Origin: Eubacteriales bacterium
Lineage (GTDB): Bacteria; Bacillota; Clostridia; Oscillospirales; CAG-272
Direction of reading: 5' to 3'
DNA length: 64,000 nt
Assembly (NCBI GenBank): GCA_051868045.1
Contig: JBJDZN010000076.1
Span: 1,935 to 65,934, forward strand
In this document: positions 9,345 to 18,171 of the stretch, one piece after another
Layout: every line of letters begins with the position of its first letter
How positions within the stretch are numbered: position 1 is the first letter of the stretch
Translations under genes and position numbers: made by a program
Notes under the pieces: generated by a model
What the model was told of the DNA's origin: nothing
The model's input: only the letters and a program-made list of their open reading frames with translations
The model's database searches: none

Positions 9345-10370
9345 TCACCGAAGCTGTACGAATCCCAGCTTTTTGTAGACCTTGCGCAGGGTTTTGGTTG
9401 CACGGTAGGTTGCCGCTTCGGCACCCGTCTTCATGATGGACTCCAGATAGCCCTTGTCCGCCATGAGACGGCGGAACTCGGACTGAATGGGGGCAAGACA
9501 GTCTGCAACCGTCTCGCCGACTGCCAGTTTGAAGTCACCGTATCCCTTGCCGGCAAATTCGGACTCGATTTCGGCATAGTTCTTGCCGGTGAAGCAGGAG
9601 TAAATGTTCATCAGATTGTTGATGCCGTCCTTGCCCTCGCCGTAGCGTACCACGGTATCGGAGTCGGTGACCGCCTTTTTGAACTTGCGGATAATGTCGT
9701 CCCGGCTGTCCAGAATTGCCACATATCCGGCAGGATTGGGGTCGGATTTGCTCATCTTCTTGGTGGGATCGGTCAGGGAGCCGACTTTTGCGCTGGTCTT
9801 GGGAATGAAGCCGTCGGGGATGGTGAAGGTTTCGCCGTAGACCTGATTGAATCTGCCGGCAATGTCACGGGCAAGCTCGATGTGCTGCTTCTGGTCGATG
9901 CCGACGGGGACTCTGTCTGCCTGATAGAGGAGAATGTCGGCAGCCATCAGAACGGGATAGGTAAACAGACCGGCATTGACGTTGTCGGCGTGTTTCTGGG
10001 ATTTGTCCTTGAACTGGGTCATGCGGGACAGCTCTCCGAACTGGGTGTAGCAGCTCAGCACCCACGAAAGCTCTGCATGACAGGGATTGTGGGACTGAAC
10101 GAACAGGGTGCATTTTTCGGGATCAATGCCCGAAGCAAGATAAATGGCAAGGGTTTCGTAGGTTCTGCGGCGCAGATCGGCGGGAACCTGACGGACGGTG
10201 ATGGCGTGCTGATCCACCACGCAGTAGATGCAGTCGTATTCATCCATCAGCGCAGTCCAGTTGCGGATCGCCCCAAGATAGTTGCCGATGGTCAGCAGAC
10301 CGCTGGGCTGTACGCCCGAAAAAATCACTTTTTTGGGGGCGTTCTCCTGTACATTGTCCTCAGTACTCAT
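9345..10370 (-). CDS. trpS: tryptophan--tRNA ligase
   Basis: Class I aaRS motifs: a HIGH-region variant (GVQPSGLLTIGNYLGA) and KMSKS (KMSKSDPN). Start at Met15 of the track ORF, with GAGGA 9 nt upstream. Confidence 0.92.
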   Translation of the reverse strand: MSTEDNVQENAPKKVIFSGVQPSGLLTIGNYLGAIRNWTALMDEYDCIYCVVDQHAITVRQVPADLRRRTYETLAIYLASGIDPEKCTLFVQSHNPCHAELSWVLSCYTQFGELSRMTQFKDKSQKHADNVNAGLFTYPVLMAADILLYQADRVPVGIDQKQHIELARDIAGRFNQVYGETFTIPDGFIPKTSAKVGSLTDPTKKMSKSDPNPAGYVAILDSRDDIIRKFKKAVTDSDTVVRYGEGKDGINNLMNIYSCFTGKNYAEIESEFAGKGYGDFKLAVGETVADCLAPIQSEFRRLMADKGYLESIMKTGAEAATYRATKTLRKVYKKLGFVQLR

Positions 10371-10441
10371 TGTTGTGTTCCTCATCTTTCCGTTGAGATT
10401 GCTTGCCCCCAAAAAGATGGGGCAGGAAAATACCGACCTTT

Positions 10442-10575
10442 ATTCTACCACAGATTGCCTCTCTTGTCAAGAACCTTCCGGTCGGAATTTTCTTGGGAAA
10501 GCGAAAAAAGTTTACAGAAAAAACCCGAAATCCGTAGAAAAACTCCTTGCATAATCGGGGCATTTGTGGTAGAAT
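10442..10575. promoter_or_regulatory. back-to-back divergent sigma-A promoters for trpS (-) and the 10665 operon (+)
   Basis: Minus strand: TTGACA (10470..10465), 17 nt, TGG-TAGAAT (10447..10442). Plus strand: TTGCAT (10547..10552), 17 nt, TGG-TAGAAT (10570..10575). Confidence 0.7.
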
Positions 10576-10664
10576 ATAAAAAACATCCCGGAGGTGTCGG
10601 GACGTTCGGATTTTGTACCCGGCGAGCCGATGGCATCCGGTTGAGAAAGGCACAGGTGAGTGTC

Positions 10665-11459
10665 ATGGATAACGAGACCATGAGCAATGACTATTATTCC
10701 GACGGGGAGCATAAACCCAAGGGTCCTGTGGGAAAAACGATCAAATGGCTGGGACTGGCACTGGTGGTGCTGGTCTACGGACTGATCCTCTTTCGCATTT
10801 TCATCAAGGGGAACCCCACGGGGGCAAGCGAATTCATCTGGACGGAGGATACCGTCGCCGCCTATCAGGCAGAGGGATCCGGTTTTACGGTAAAAACCCA
10901 GCAGATTCAGTCCTATAATAAGGTTGTCGGCAAGGATGAGAACGGAATTCCCATTACAGAGCGGGTCGTTTATAATGACATCACCTCTGACGGCTGCTTC
11001 AAGATCAGCGATCTTGTCTATGTCCCCTCCTCCGGGGAACTTCAGGTGACCCTGAGATTCAACCGTCAGGCACTGAATAAGCTCAAGGAGCGGTACGGTC
11101 TTTCCGAAAATCCCACGGGCGATATTTTCTTCTTCGCCCTGGAGGGCGTCGGCGGGGATTACCTGACCGATTACAGCTATACGGTCACCAAGCGTTTCAC
11201 TTATGAATACCGCAGACTGGTGTTCCGGAACGTGGATTTGTCCTCTGCCGATCTGGTTTATTTGAACATATACTACATTGAGGATGTGCAGCTGAATAGT
11301 CCGCTGACCTTTGATCCCGGTAAGGACTACGCTGTCACGGCGTCGCTGCCCATCTACGACAGTTATCTGGGGTGGGAGGACAGTGAGGTAGAGAAACTCC
11401 TGCCTGCAGAGGTCAATGAAAATCTGCAAAATCCGCCCTATGTGAAGCTGGATGGCTAA
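10665..11459 (+). CDS. N-terminally membrane-anchored protein, function unknown
   Basis: Only the 3' part of track ORF 9882..11459 can be real, because its 5' part is antisense to trpS. It has a TM helix WLGLALVVLVYGLILFRIFI. The ATG at 10665 lies downstream of a promoter and an AGGTGAG RBS. Confidence 0.65.
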   Translation: MDNETMSNDYYSDGEHKPKGPVGKTIKWLGLALVVLVYGLILFRIFIKGNPTGASEFIWTEDTVAAYQAEGSGFTVKTQQIQSYNKVVGKDENGIPITERVVYNDITSDGCFKISDLVYVPSSGELQVTLRFNRQALNKLKERYGLSENPTGDIFFFALEGVGGDYLTDYSYTVTKRFTYEYRRLVFRNVDLSSADLVYLNIYYIEDVQLNSPLTFDPGKDYAVTASLPIYDSYLGWEDSEVEKLLPAEVNENLQNPPYVKLDG

Positions 11460-11505
11460 TTGAATTCATCTTTTGTCTGAAAGTATCTGAAAGGAATTTA
11501 ACCGT

Positions 11506-12159
11506 ATGCTTTTACCTGCAAAGGAAACAACCATTGCCTATCGCTGCCCCTCCTGCGGAGCGGGAATTCTCAGTATGGTAGGCGTTTTCGCCCTGTCGGG
11601 GGACCTGCTCAAGCTGAAATGCTCCTGCGGGCAGTCGGAGCTGACCATGACCTATACTTCCGACCGCTCCTTAAGGCTTACCGTCCCCTGCCTGGTGTGC
11701 AATAAGCCCCATCACTTCAAGCTGGGGCAGAACACCTTCTTCCGCTCCGATGAGGAGGTTTTCCGCCTGCCCTGTACCTATACGGGACTGGACCTCTGCT
11801 TTATCGGCAGGAAGGAGCGGGTTCAGAAGGCACTGGAGGACGCCAATGAAGAGCTGGTCAAACTGATGGAGGAGGCGGGACTTCAGGATTTGTCCGACCT
11901 TCACGAGCAGGATGACGAAATGAAGGAAATCGACCCCGAGGTTGACGACATCGTCCGCTATATGCTTGCCGAACTGAAGGAAGAGGACAAAATCCACTGC
12001 CGGTGTAAGAAGAAATCGCTGTCGTCCTACGATTTTTCCATTCAGGACGGATACGTCCGGGTTTATTGTGCGGGATGCGGTGCCATTGCCGATCTGCCTC
12101 TGACCGGAGTCGGTACGGCGACGGAGTTCCTTCATACCGACGAATTATTTCTCGAATAG
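11506..12159 (+). CDS. multi-CxxC (zinc-ribbon-like) cytoplasmic protein, function unknown
   Basis: 217-aa ORF with five Cys pairs (CPSCG, CSCG, CLVCNKPH, HCRC, CAGCG) and an acidic central coil. Confidence 0.6.
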   Translation: MLLPAKETTIAYRCPSCGAGILSMVGVFALSGDLLKLKCSCGQSELTMTYTSDRSLRLTVPCLVCNKPHHFKLGQNTFFRSDEEVFRLPCTYTGLDLCFIGRKERVQKALEDANEELVKLMEEAGLQDLSDLHEQDDEMKEIDPEVDDIVRYMLAELKEEDKIHCRCKKKSLSSYDFSIQDGYVRVYCAGCGAIADLPLTGVGTATEFLHTDELFLE

Positions 12160-12265
12160 GAGTCACCAATCCTTTCTTTTCTCATATGATGGTAAAGAAG
12201 AGCGGCAACGCTCTGAAAACAATCAGGAGGTCGGGTTTCCCGACAAGAAAGGAAAGGTAATTTAA

Positions 12266-12424
12266 ATGAGTTGTTTCTGTAATCTGTTTAACGATCCCAT
12301 CGTATGGCTGATCATCATCGCCCTCATTCTTCTGTTCATGAACTGCAACGGCTGCGGCTGCAACAGATGCGACCGTGACGATAATCACTGCCGTGGATTC
12401 GAAGGCTGCGGTTGCGCAGGCTGA
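12266..12424 (+). CDS. 52-aa Cys-rich small membrane peptide (not in ORF track)
   Basis: My own translation is MSCFCNLFNDPIVWLIIIALILLFMNCNGCGCNRCDRDDNHCRGFEGCGCAG. AAAGGAAAGG RBS lies 6-8 nt upstream. It has one central TM helix and 9 Cys, is last in the operon, and is followed by a hairpin. Confidence 0.55.
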   Translation: MSCFCNLFNDPIVWLIIIALILLFMNCNGCGCNRCDRDDNHCRGFEGCGCAG

Positions 12425-12510
12425 TAAGTCCGCCGACCCGGAATGAACCGAAAATCCTCACGGGCGACTGATCCTGCCTCACCCTGACGCAGGACGGTGT
12501 CCCTGACCTG

Positions 12511-12538
12511 CGGGTGCCGCATTTTGGTGCGGCACCCG
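12511..12538 (+). terminator. GC-rich hairpin ending the 10665..12424 operon
   Basis: 10-bp stem CGGGTGCCGC/GCGGCACCCG. The T-rich tract (tatttgaatcttttttt) is a few nt further on and not immediately adjacent. Confidence 0.5.
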
Positions 12539-12871
12539 TACGGTATTTGAATCTTTTTTTGCTGTTTTGTATCGTCATAAGAACCTCCTTATGAACTCCG
12601 ATTCTGCAAAGTTAAGGGCAAATAGTGAATTCTGACCGCTTCTGAACCGAAAAATTGAACAAATTTTACGATCAATAAAGCTTTTTCTTGTGCAACCTGA
12701 TAAATTCTAAAAAATGGAAGAAAAAGTGTTGATTTTTTCACAAATTTGTATTACAATATAAAATAAGATCGGGTACCGGGGGAATTCACCCGGACAGTCT
12801 GTTGGCATCTCGACAGAAAACCAGTAATTGAGATAGCTATGAGATATATGAGATAAAGGAAGGTTAATGAT

Positions 12872-13954
12872 ATGCCAAATTTCAGAAGAATCGGTGTTCT
12901 TACATCCGGCGGCGATGCTCCCGGAATGAATGCTGCCGTTCGTGCGGTAACACGGTATGCAGCGACTCACGGTGTTGAGGTTGTAGGAATCTACGAGGGT
13001 TACAAGGGACTGATTGATGGCAACATGAAGGTATTCGACACCCGTGATGTTGCGAACATCATCCATCAGGGCGGTACCATTCTGTACACAGCCCGTTGTC
13101 CCGAGTTCAAGACCGAAGAGGGAATGCAGAAGGCAATTGTCAACTGTGAGAAGTTCCAGATTGACGGTATCGTAGCCATCGGCGGAGACGGAACCTTCCG
13201 TGGAGCCACCGACATTTCCCTGCGTGGCGTTCCCACCATCGGACTTCCCGGAACCATCGACAACGACATTACCGCAACCGATATGACCATCGGTTACGAC
13301 ACGGCAATGAACACTGCCGTTGAGATGATCGACCGTCTGAGAGACACCTGCGAATCCCATGCCCGTTGCGACGTCATCGAGGTTATGGGCAGAAATGCCG
13401 GCTATCTGGCATTGAATGTTGGCATCGCAGTAGGCGCAACCTCCATCTGCACCGTTGAGATTCCCTTCGATGAAGCGGATATTATCGAGAAGATCAGAGT
13501 TTGCCGCAAGAACGGCAAGCGGAATTTCCTGGTCGTAGTGTCCGAGGGTCTGGTCGGCTATGCCGAAGGGCTGACCAAGCGCATTGAGGAGCAGACCGGT
13601 GTCGAGTCGAGATTTGCCCGCCTTGCTCATGTGGTCAGAGGCGGAAGACCCACACTGATGGACCGTACTATGGCGTCCCAGATGGGCGTTGAAGCGGTGA
13701 AGCTGCTTCTGGACGGCAAGTCCGATCTGGTTGTCTGCCACAGAGACGGAAAAATCGTCACCACCGAGATCAGTTATGCTCTGAAGCTGGACAAACTCTT
13801 CAAGAGTGCCTATGCCGGCTATAAGAAGGTGGACGAAGAGGCTCTTCTGGAAGGCTATTCTGAGGAGCAGAAGGCGCAAATGCACGCATTCTGTAAGAAA
13901 AAGCTGGACAGCTTCCGTGAACTCTATGAGATGGCGGACGCCATTTCCAAGTAA
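12872..13954 (+). CDS. pfkA: ATP-dependent 6-phosphofructokinase
   Basis: RIGVLTSGGDAPGMNAAVRAV, GGDGT and PGTIDND motifs. AAGGAAGG RBS. Promoter TTGATT-17-TACAAT at 12729..12757. Confidence 0.93.
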   Translation: MPNFRRIGVLTSGGDAPGMNAAVRAVTRYAATHGVEVVGIYEGYKGLIDGNMKVFDTRDVANIIHQGGTILYTARCPEFKTEEGMQKAIVNCEKFQIDGIVAIGGDGTFRGATDISLRGVPTIGLPGTIDNDITATDMTIGYDTAMNTAVEMIDRLRDTCESHARCDVIEVMGRNAGYLALNVGIAVGATSICTVEIPFDEADIIEKIRVCRKNGKRNFLVVVSEGLVGYAEGLTKRIEEQTGVESRFARLAHVVRGGRPTLMDRTMASQMGVEAVKLLLDGKSDLVVCHRDGKIVTTEISYALKLDKLFKSAYAGYKKVDEEALLEGYSEEQKAQMHAFCKKKLDSFRELYEMADAISK

Positions 13955-13971
13955 GACCAATCAAATATTCC

Positions 13972-14008
13972 AACGGGTTGGACCTTTTGCGGCTCCAACC
14001 CGTTTTTT
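13972..14008 (+). terminator. intrinsic terminator of pfkA
   Basis: Stem AACGGGTTGGA/TCCAACCCGTT followed by TTTTTT. Confidence 0.8.
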
Positions 14009-14143
14009 CTGCCGATTTTGCGGAAAATCTTGACATTTACCGCTCCCTGTGGTAAAATAAATCAGATAAGCCCTTCGGACCCCCTTTTTGTCGGAGGAAG
14101 GGAAGGGCGATGAAGATGAAAATCCTTTCGGAGGTGACAGGAA

Positions 14144-15679
14144 ATGCTGTCCAGACTGTACGGAGCCGCACTGTTCGGAGTTGACGGATACCCGATTACG
14201 GTGGAGTGCGAGATTGCCGATAAGCTACCCGAGTTTGAGATCGTCGGACTGCCGGATAACGCCGTCAAGGAGGCAAAGGAGCGGATTCGGGCGGCGGTGG
14301 AGAACAGCGGAATCGAGTTTCCGGATGCTTCTATCATCGTCAATCTGGCACCTGCCGATCTGAAAAAGACGGGTACGGCACTGGATCTGCCCATACTTAC
14401 CGGAATCTTGGCGGCATCCGGCGTTGTCCGTGCGGATCTCACAAAGACCTGCCTTGTGGGGGAACTGTCGCTGTCGGGCGAGATCCGTGCCGTCCGGGGC
14501 GTGCTGTGTATGTGCCTTGCGGCAAGGGAGGCGGGAGCCGTCGAGATTTATGTCCCTGCCGAAAATGCCCCCGAGGCAAGCGTTGTGGAGGGATTGAAGG
14601 TCTATCCCGTGTCCGATGTCCGCACTCTGGTCCATATCCTTTGCGGCAGGGAAAAGGCAGAGCCGGTTCACTATAATAAGGCAGATTTTCGCACCGAACT
14701 GGCGAAAACGCCCATGCCCGATTTCGCCGATGTAAAGGGGCAGGAGCAGGCAAGACGGGCACTGGAAATTGCCTGTGCGGGAGGGCATAACATTCTGATG
14801 ATCGGACCGCCCGGAACGGGCAAAAGTATGCTTGCCAAGCGGATCCCCTCCATTCTGCCCGAGATGACCTACGAAGAATCGGTGGAGACCACCAAAATCC
14901 ATTCCATTGCGGGAATTCTGGACAGCGAAGATGCCCTTGTCACCCGCCGTCCCTTCCGCGCACCCCACCATACCATGTCTGCGGTATCGCTGGCGGGAGG
15001 CGGAACGATTCCCATGCCGGGGGAGATTTCCCTTGCCAATAACGGGGTACTGTTTCTGGACGAACTGCCCGAATTTAATAAACAGGTCACGGAAGCCCTT
15101 CGTCAGCCGCTGGAGGACGGGGAGATCACCATCACCCGTGCCTCGGGCAGATGTCGGTTTCCCTGCCGCTTCATGCTGGTCTGCGCCATGAATCCCTGTA
15201 AATGCGGCAACTACGGCAACCCCTATCGGACCTGTACCTGCCGAAAGCAGGATATACAGAAATATATGTCCAAAATCAGCGGACCCCTGCTGGATCGGAT
15301 TGATATTCAGATTGAGGTTCCGCCTCTGAGCTTTGAGGAGATTTCCTCCGACCGTCCTTCTGAGTCGTCGGCGGAAATCCGTAAACGGGTCAATGGGGCA
15401 AGAAGGTTTGCCGCCGCCCGATTCCAAAAGGAGAATATCCCCCTTTATTCCAACAGTGAGATGACCCCTGCCATGGTTCAGAAGTACTGCCGCATGGAGG
15501 AGGACGCAAAGGCTCTGCTGAAGGAGGCGTATAACCGTCTGGGACTGTCGGCAAGGGGACATGACCGGATTCTTCGGGTCGCCCGCACCATCGCCGATCT
15601 GGCGGGATCGGAGCTGATCGCCGCCGAGCATATCGCCGAGGCGATTCAACTGCGGAGTCTGGATCGGAAGTACTGGTAG
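14144..15679 (+). CDS. YifB/ComM-family Mg-chelatase-like AAA+ ATPase
   Basis: N-terminal Lon-like domain, Walker A GPPGTGKSM, Walker B VLFLDELPEF, and a C-terminal ChlI-like helical domain. Promoter TTGACA with TGTGGTAAAAT upstream. Confidence 0.9.
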   Translation: MLSRLYGAALFGVDGYPITVECEIADKLPEFEIVGLPDNAVKEAKERIRAAVENSGIEFPDASIIVNLAPADLKKTGTALDLPILTGILAASGVVRADLTKTCLVGELSLSGEIRAVRGVLCMCLAAREAGAVEIYVPAENAPEASVVEGLKVYPVSDVRTLVHILCGREKAEPVHYNKADFRTELAKTPMPDFADVKGQEQARRALEIACAGGHNILMIGPPGTGKSMLAKRIPSILPEMTYEESVETTKIHSIAGILDSEDALVTRRPFRAPHHTMSAVSLAGGGTIPMPGEISLANNGVLFLDELPEFNKQVTEALRQPLEDGEITITRASGRCRFPCRFMLVCAMNPCKCGNYGNPYRTCTCRKQDIQKYMSKISGPLLDRIDIQIEVPPLSFEEISSDRPSESSAEIRKRVNGARRFAAARFQKENIPLYSNSEMTPAMVQKYCRMEEDAKALLKEAYNRLGLSARGHDRILRVARTIADLAGSELIAAEHIAEAIQLRSLDRKYW

Positions 15680-15821
15680 GCGAGAGGATGGCTTGACGGC
15701 AGGATGCTTCCGACGGTCCGTCAGCATTCGTTGAGAAACGGGAGGTCAGCCTGTCCGTCCCGAAATCATGAAGCATTGCAGATAAGGCAAATAATGCCTG
15801 TAAAAAGGAGAGATCGGTATT

Positions 15822-16382
15822 ATGATTAGCGCAAATGAAGCATTGGAAAAACTGAAGGCGGGCAACGCCCGCTATCTGGACAGCGAACGACCGATGGGCG
15901 ATGTGTCGCCGCTGATTCGCAGGCGAACCTCAGCCGAGGGACAGCAGCCCTATGCCATCGTCATCTGCTGTTCGGACTCCCGTGTGATCCCCGAGGCGAT
16001 CTTCTCGGCGGGTATCGGCGACCTGTTCGTCATCCGTGTGGCGGGGAATGTCATCGACAATCATCAACTGGGCTCCATCGAATATGCGGCAGATCATCTG
16101 GGAAGCAAATTGATTGTGGTGCTGGGACACGATCATTGCGGAGCGGTGGATGCGGCACTGAATCACTGCCCCGACGGCTATATCAAATCTATTACCGATG
16201 AGATTCTGCTGGCAGTGGGCGATGAGCGGGACGCCGACAGGGCCTGCCGCCTGAACGCCCTTCACAGCGTCAGACAGATCGAGGACAATCTGGATATTCG
16301 GAAGATGGAAACAGAGCGGGGACTTCGTGCGGTTGCCGCCATCTATCACATCAAAACGGGCGAAGTGGAGTTTTTGTCATGA
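15822..16382 (+). CDS. beta-class carbonic anhydrase
   Basis: Zinc ligand motifs CSDSRV and HDHCGA. 186 aa. Confidence 0.88.
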   Translation: MISANEALEKLKAGNARYLDSERPMGDVSPLIRRRTSAEGQQPYAIVICCSDSRVIPEAIFSAGIGDLFVIRVAGNVIDNHQLGSIEYAADHLGSKLIVVLGHDHCGAVDAALNHCPDGYIKSITDEILLAVGDERDADRACRLNALHSVRQIEDNLDIRKMETERGLRAVAAIYHIKTGEVEFLS

Positions 16383-17785
16383 AATCCCTTCGGCTGATGT
16401 CCTGCGCTCTGGCATTTCTTCTGATTCTCGGCGGATGTACGAACGTCAGGGAAATCCCCACGGCAAGCGAAATGACAACCGACGGGTCTGCACAGTCCGA
16501 ATCGACCGGAATTTGTGGGGAAAGCCGACCGTCCACTCCATCAGATGCCGAAAAATCCCTGCCGGTCCTGTCCCTGACCACCGAAACCGGCGAGGACGTG
16601 GACCCCTACGACGGAAATGAGTACTACATTTCAGGGACCCTTTCCCTGTCCCAATGCGAGGAGAAATATCTTCGAACCGATCTTTCCATGCAGATCAGGG
16701 GGCGGGGCAACTACTCCTGGACCAGCTGTCCCAAGAAATCCTATCGGATCAAGCTGGATCAATCCGACTCTTTGCTGGGGCTGGGGGAAGGAAAGTCGAA
16801 GAGCTGGTGCCTGCTTGCCAACTATGTGGATCAGTCGCTGATGCGGAATCTGCTGACCTTCCGTCTGGCAAGGGGACTGTCGGGAATCGACTGGTCGCCC
16901 GATGCCACATCGGTTGTTTTGTACCTCAACGGCGAGTATTGGGGAATCTACCTTCTCACCGAGGCGATCAAGGTGGATGAACATCGGGTGAATGTCACCG
17001 TGGATGAGACCGAAGAAACCGGCTTTTTGCTGCAAATGACCCATAACAGCGACGAAATCTATCATTTTGATGTTTACGGCATCAATTTTGACGTCAAAAG
17101 TGACCTGTCTGCCGATCCGGAAACGGCAAAACGGCAGAAAAATGCCATTCAGTCCGTGGTTGAGGACTGTTTTGAGGCAGTTTTGTCAGAGGATGAGGGG
17201 TTGATACGGGAGAAAATTGACCTTGACAGCCTGATCGACTGCTATCTTCTGGAGGAGTTCAACAAAAATCTGGACGTGGGGTGGGACAGCTTCTATCTGT
17301 ACCGGGATGTGGGCGGAAAGCTGACCTTCGGTCCCGTCTGGGACTTTGATCTTGCCTTCGGAAATGCCCGCAGTAACGGTGCATCCCTTCCCTATGACCT
17401 GTATGCCGGGGTGGATTTCGGAAACGACATCCATACCAATTACTGGTTTACCCTTCTGATGGAGCAGGATTGGTTCCGTCATGCCGTCGCCGAGAGATGG
17501 AACGAGGAAGAGGTTCAGACCCTCTTTTCCTCTGCCTCTGATATTGTCCGTGCCGAGACTTTGGCGTACGGGGATCAGTATGCGGAAAATTTTGAGATCT
17601 GGGCATTAAGCCAGGATCGGGGACCCGATGCCCTGCGTGCGCTGACCTCCTTTGAGGAGCACGCCGCCTATCTGGCAAACTGGGTGGATGCCCGCTACCG
17701 TTGGCTGTGCGGTTTTATCGGAAGCGATGCCTACTTCGCCGGGGAAATGTCCGATGGAGCAGAGGATACGGTGGAGACCCGATGA
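16379..17785 (+). CDS. CotH kinase family lipoprotein (short paralog)
   Basis: Lipobox LILGGC. CotH core motifs YRIKL, KSWCLLANYVDQSLMRN, YLNGEYWGIYLL and GPVWDFDLAFGN. The start overlaps the carbonic anhydrase stop (ATGA). Confidence 0.85.
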   Translation: MKSLRLMSCALAFLLILGGCTNVREIPTASEMTTDGSAQSESTGICGESRPSTPSDAEKSLPVLSLTTETGEDVDPYDGNEYYISGTLSLSQCEEKYLRTDLSMQIRGRGNYSWTSCPKKSYRIKLDQSDSLLGLGEGKSKSWCLLANYVDQSLMRNLLTFRLARGLSGIDWSPDATSVVLYLNGEYWGIYLLTEAIKVDEHRVNVTVDETEETGFLLQMTHNSDEIYHFDVYGINFDVKSDLSADPETAKRQKNAIQSVVEDCFEAVLSEDEGLIREKIDLDSLIDCYLLEEFNKNLDVGWDSFYLYRDVGGKLTFGPVWDFDLAFGNARSNGASLPYDLYAGVDFGNDIHTNYWFTLLMEQDWFRHAVAERWNEEEVQTLFSSASDIVRAETLAYGDQYAENFEIWALSQDRGPDALRALTSFEEHAAYLANWVDARYRWLCGFIGSDAYFAGEMSDGAEDTVETR

Positions 17786-17883
17786 TGGAAAAAGAAAAAA
17801 TCACCCGGAGCCGATGTTCGGCTCCGGCTCCCTTTTTCCTTAAAAAAGTCTTTGAAAAAAGTGAAAAAAATTCTGAAAACCCC

Positions 17884-17912
17884 TTGACAAACGAAAACAA
17901 GTGTGCTATAAT
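17884..17912 (+). promoter_or_regulatory. strong sigma-A promoter of the tRNA-Thr/Tyr cluster
   Basis: A-rich upstream region, TTGACA, 17 nt, TGC-TATAAT. Confidence 0.75.
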
Positions 17913-17941
17913 TATGACCGTCGCAAGTGCGACATCAAAAT

Positions 17942-18016
17942 GCTGGTGTGGCTCAATGGCAGAGCAGCTGATTTGTAATCAGCAGGTTGATGGTTCGACT
18001 CCGTTCACCAGCTCCA
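17942..18016 (+). tRNA. tRNA-Thr (anticodon TGT)
   Basis: Cloverleaf folded by hand: acceptor GCTGGTG/CACCAGC, anticodon arm GCTGA-TTTGTAA-TCAGC, T-loop TTCGACT, encoded CCA. Confidence 0.85.
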
Positions 18017-18056
18017 AGCAGGTGGATAAAGTCAAATCTGAGTCCACCGAATATAT

Positions 18057-18141
18057 GGGAGCGTTCCCGAGTGGCCAAAGGGGACAGACTGTAAATCTGC
18101 TGCATCTTGCTTCGGTGGTCCGAATCCACCCGCTCCCACCA
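18057..18141 (+). tRNA. tRNA-Tyr (anticodon GTA), long variable arm
   Basis: Acceptor GGGAGCG/CGCTCCC, anticodon loop CTGTAAA, long variable arm, T-arm GGTGG-TCCGAAT-CCACC, encoded CCA. Confidence 0.85.
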
Positions 18142-18171
18142 GAAAACGACTTGCGTAAGCAAGTCGTTTTC
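18142..18171 (+). terminator. intrinsic terminator after the tRNA-Thr/Tyr cluster
   Basis: Perfect 13-bp stem GAAAACGACTTGC/GCAAGTCGTTTTC with a GTAA loop. Confidence 0.8.

Noticed and set aside
9882-10664. The N-terminal 261 codons of the 525-aa plus-strand track ORF 9882..11459.
   Set aside because: This part is antisense to trpS and precedes the promoter at 10547..10575. Only the portion from the ATG at 10665, which has a TM helix and an RBS, is credible.
10371-10700. An expected T-box riboswitch upstream of trpS.
   Set aside because: The promoter lies only about 65 nt from the start codon, and I could find no T-box or specifier-like sequence. This is reported as a low-interest finding rather than as a feature.
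12336-12578. An 80-aa minus-strand ORF preceded by a strong AAGGAGG 6 nt before its ATG.
   Set aside because: The translation is Arg/Ser/Cys-rich junk. The ORF reads through the operon terminator hairpin and is antisense to the Cys-rich peptide gene. No convincing promoter was found, so the SD-like match is probably fortuitous. Ribo-seq would settle it.
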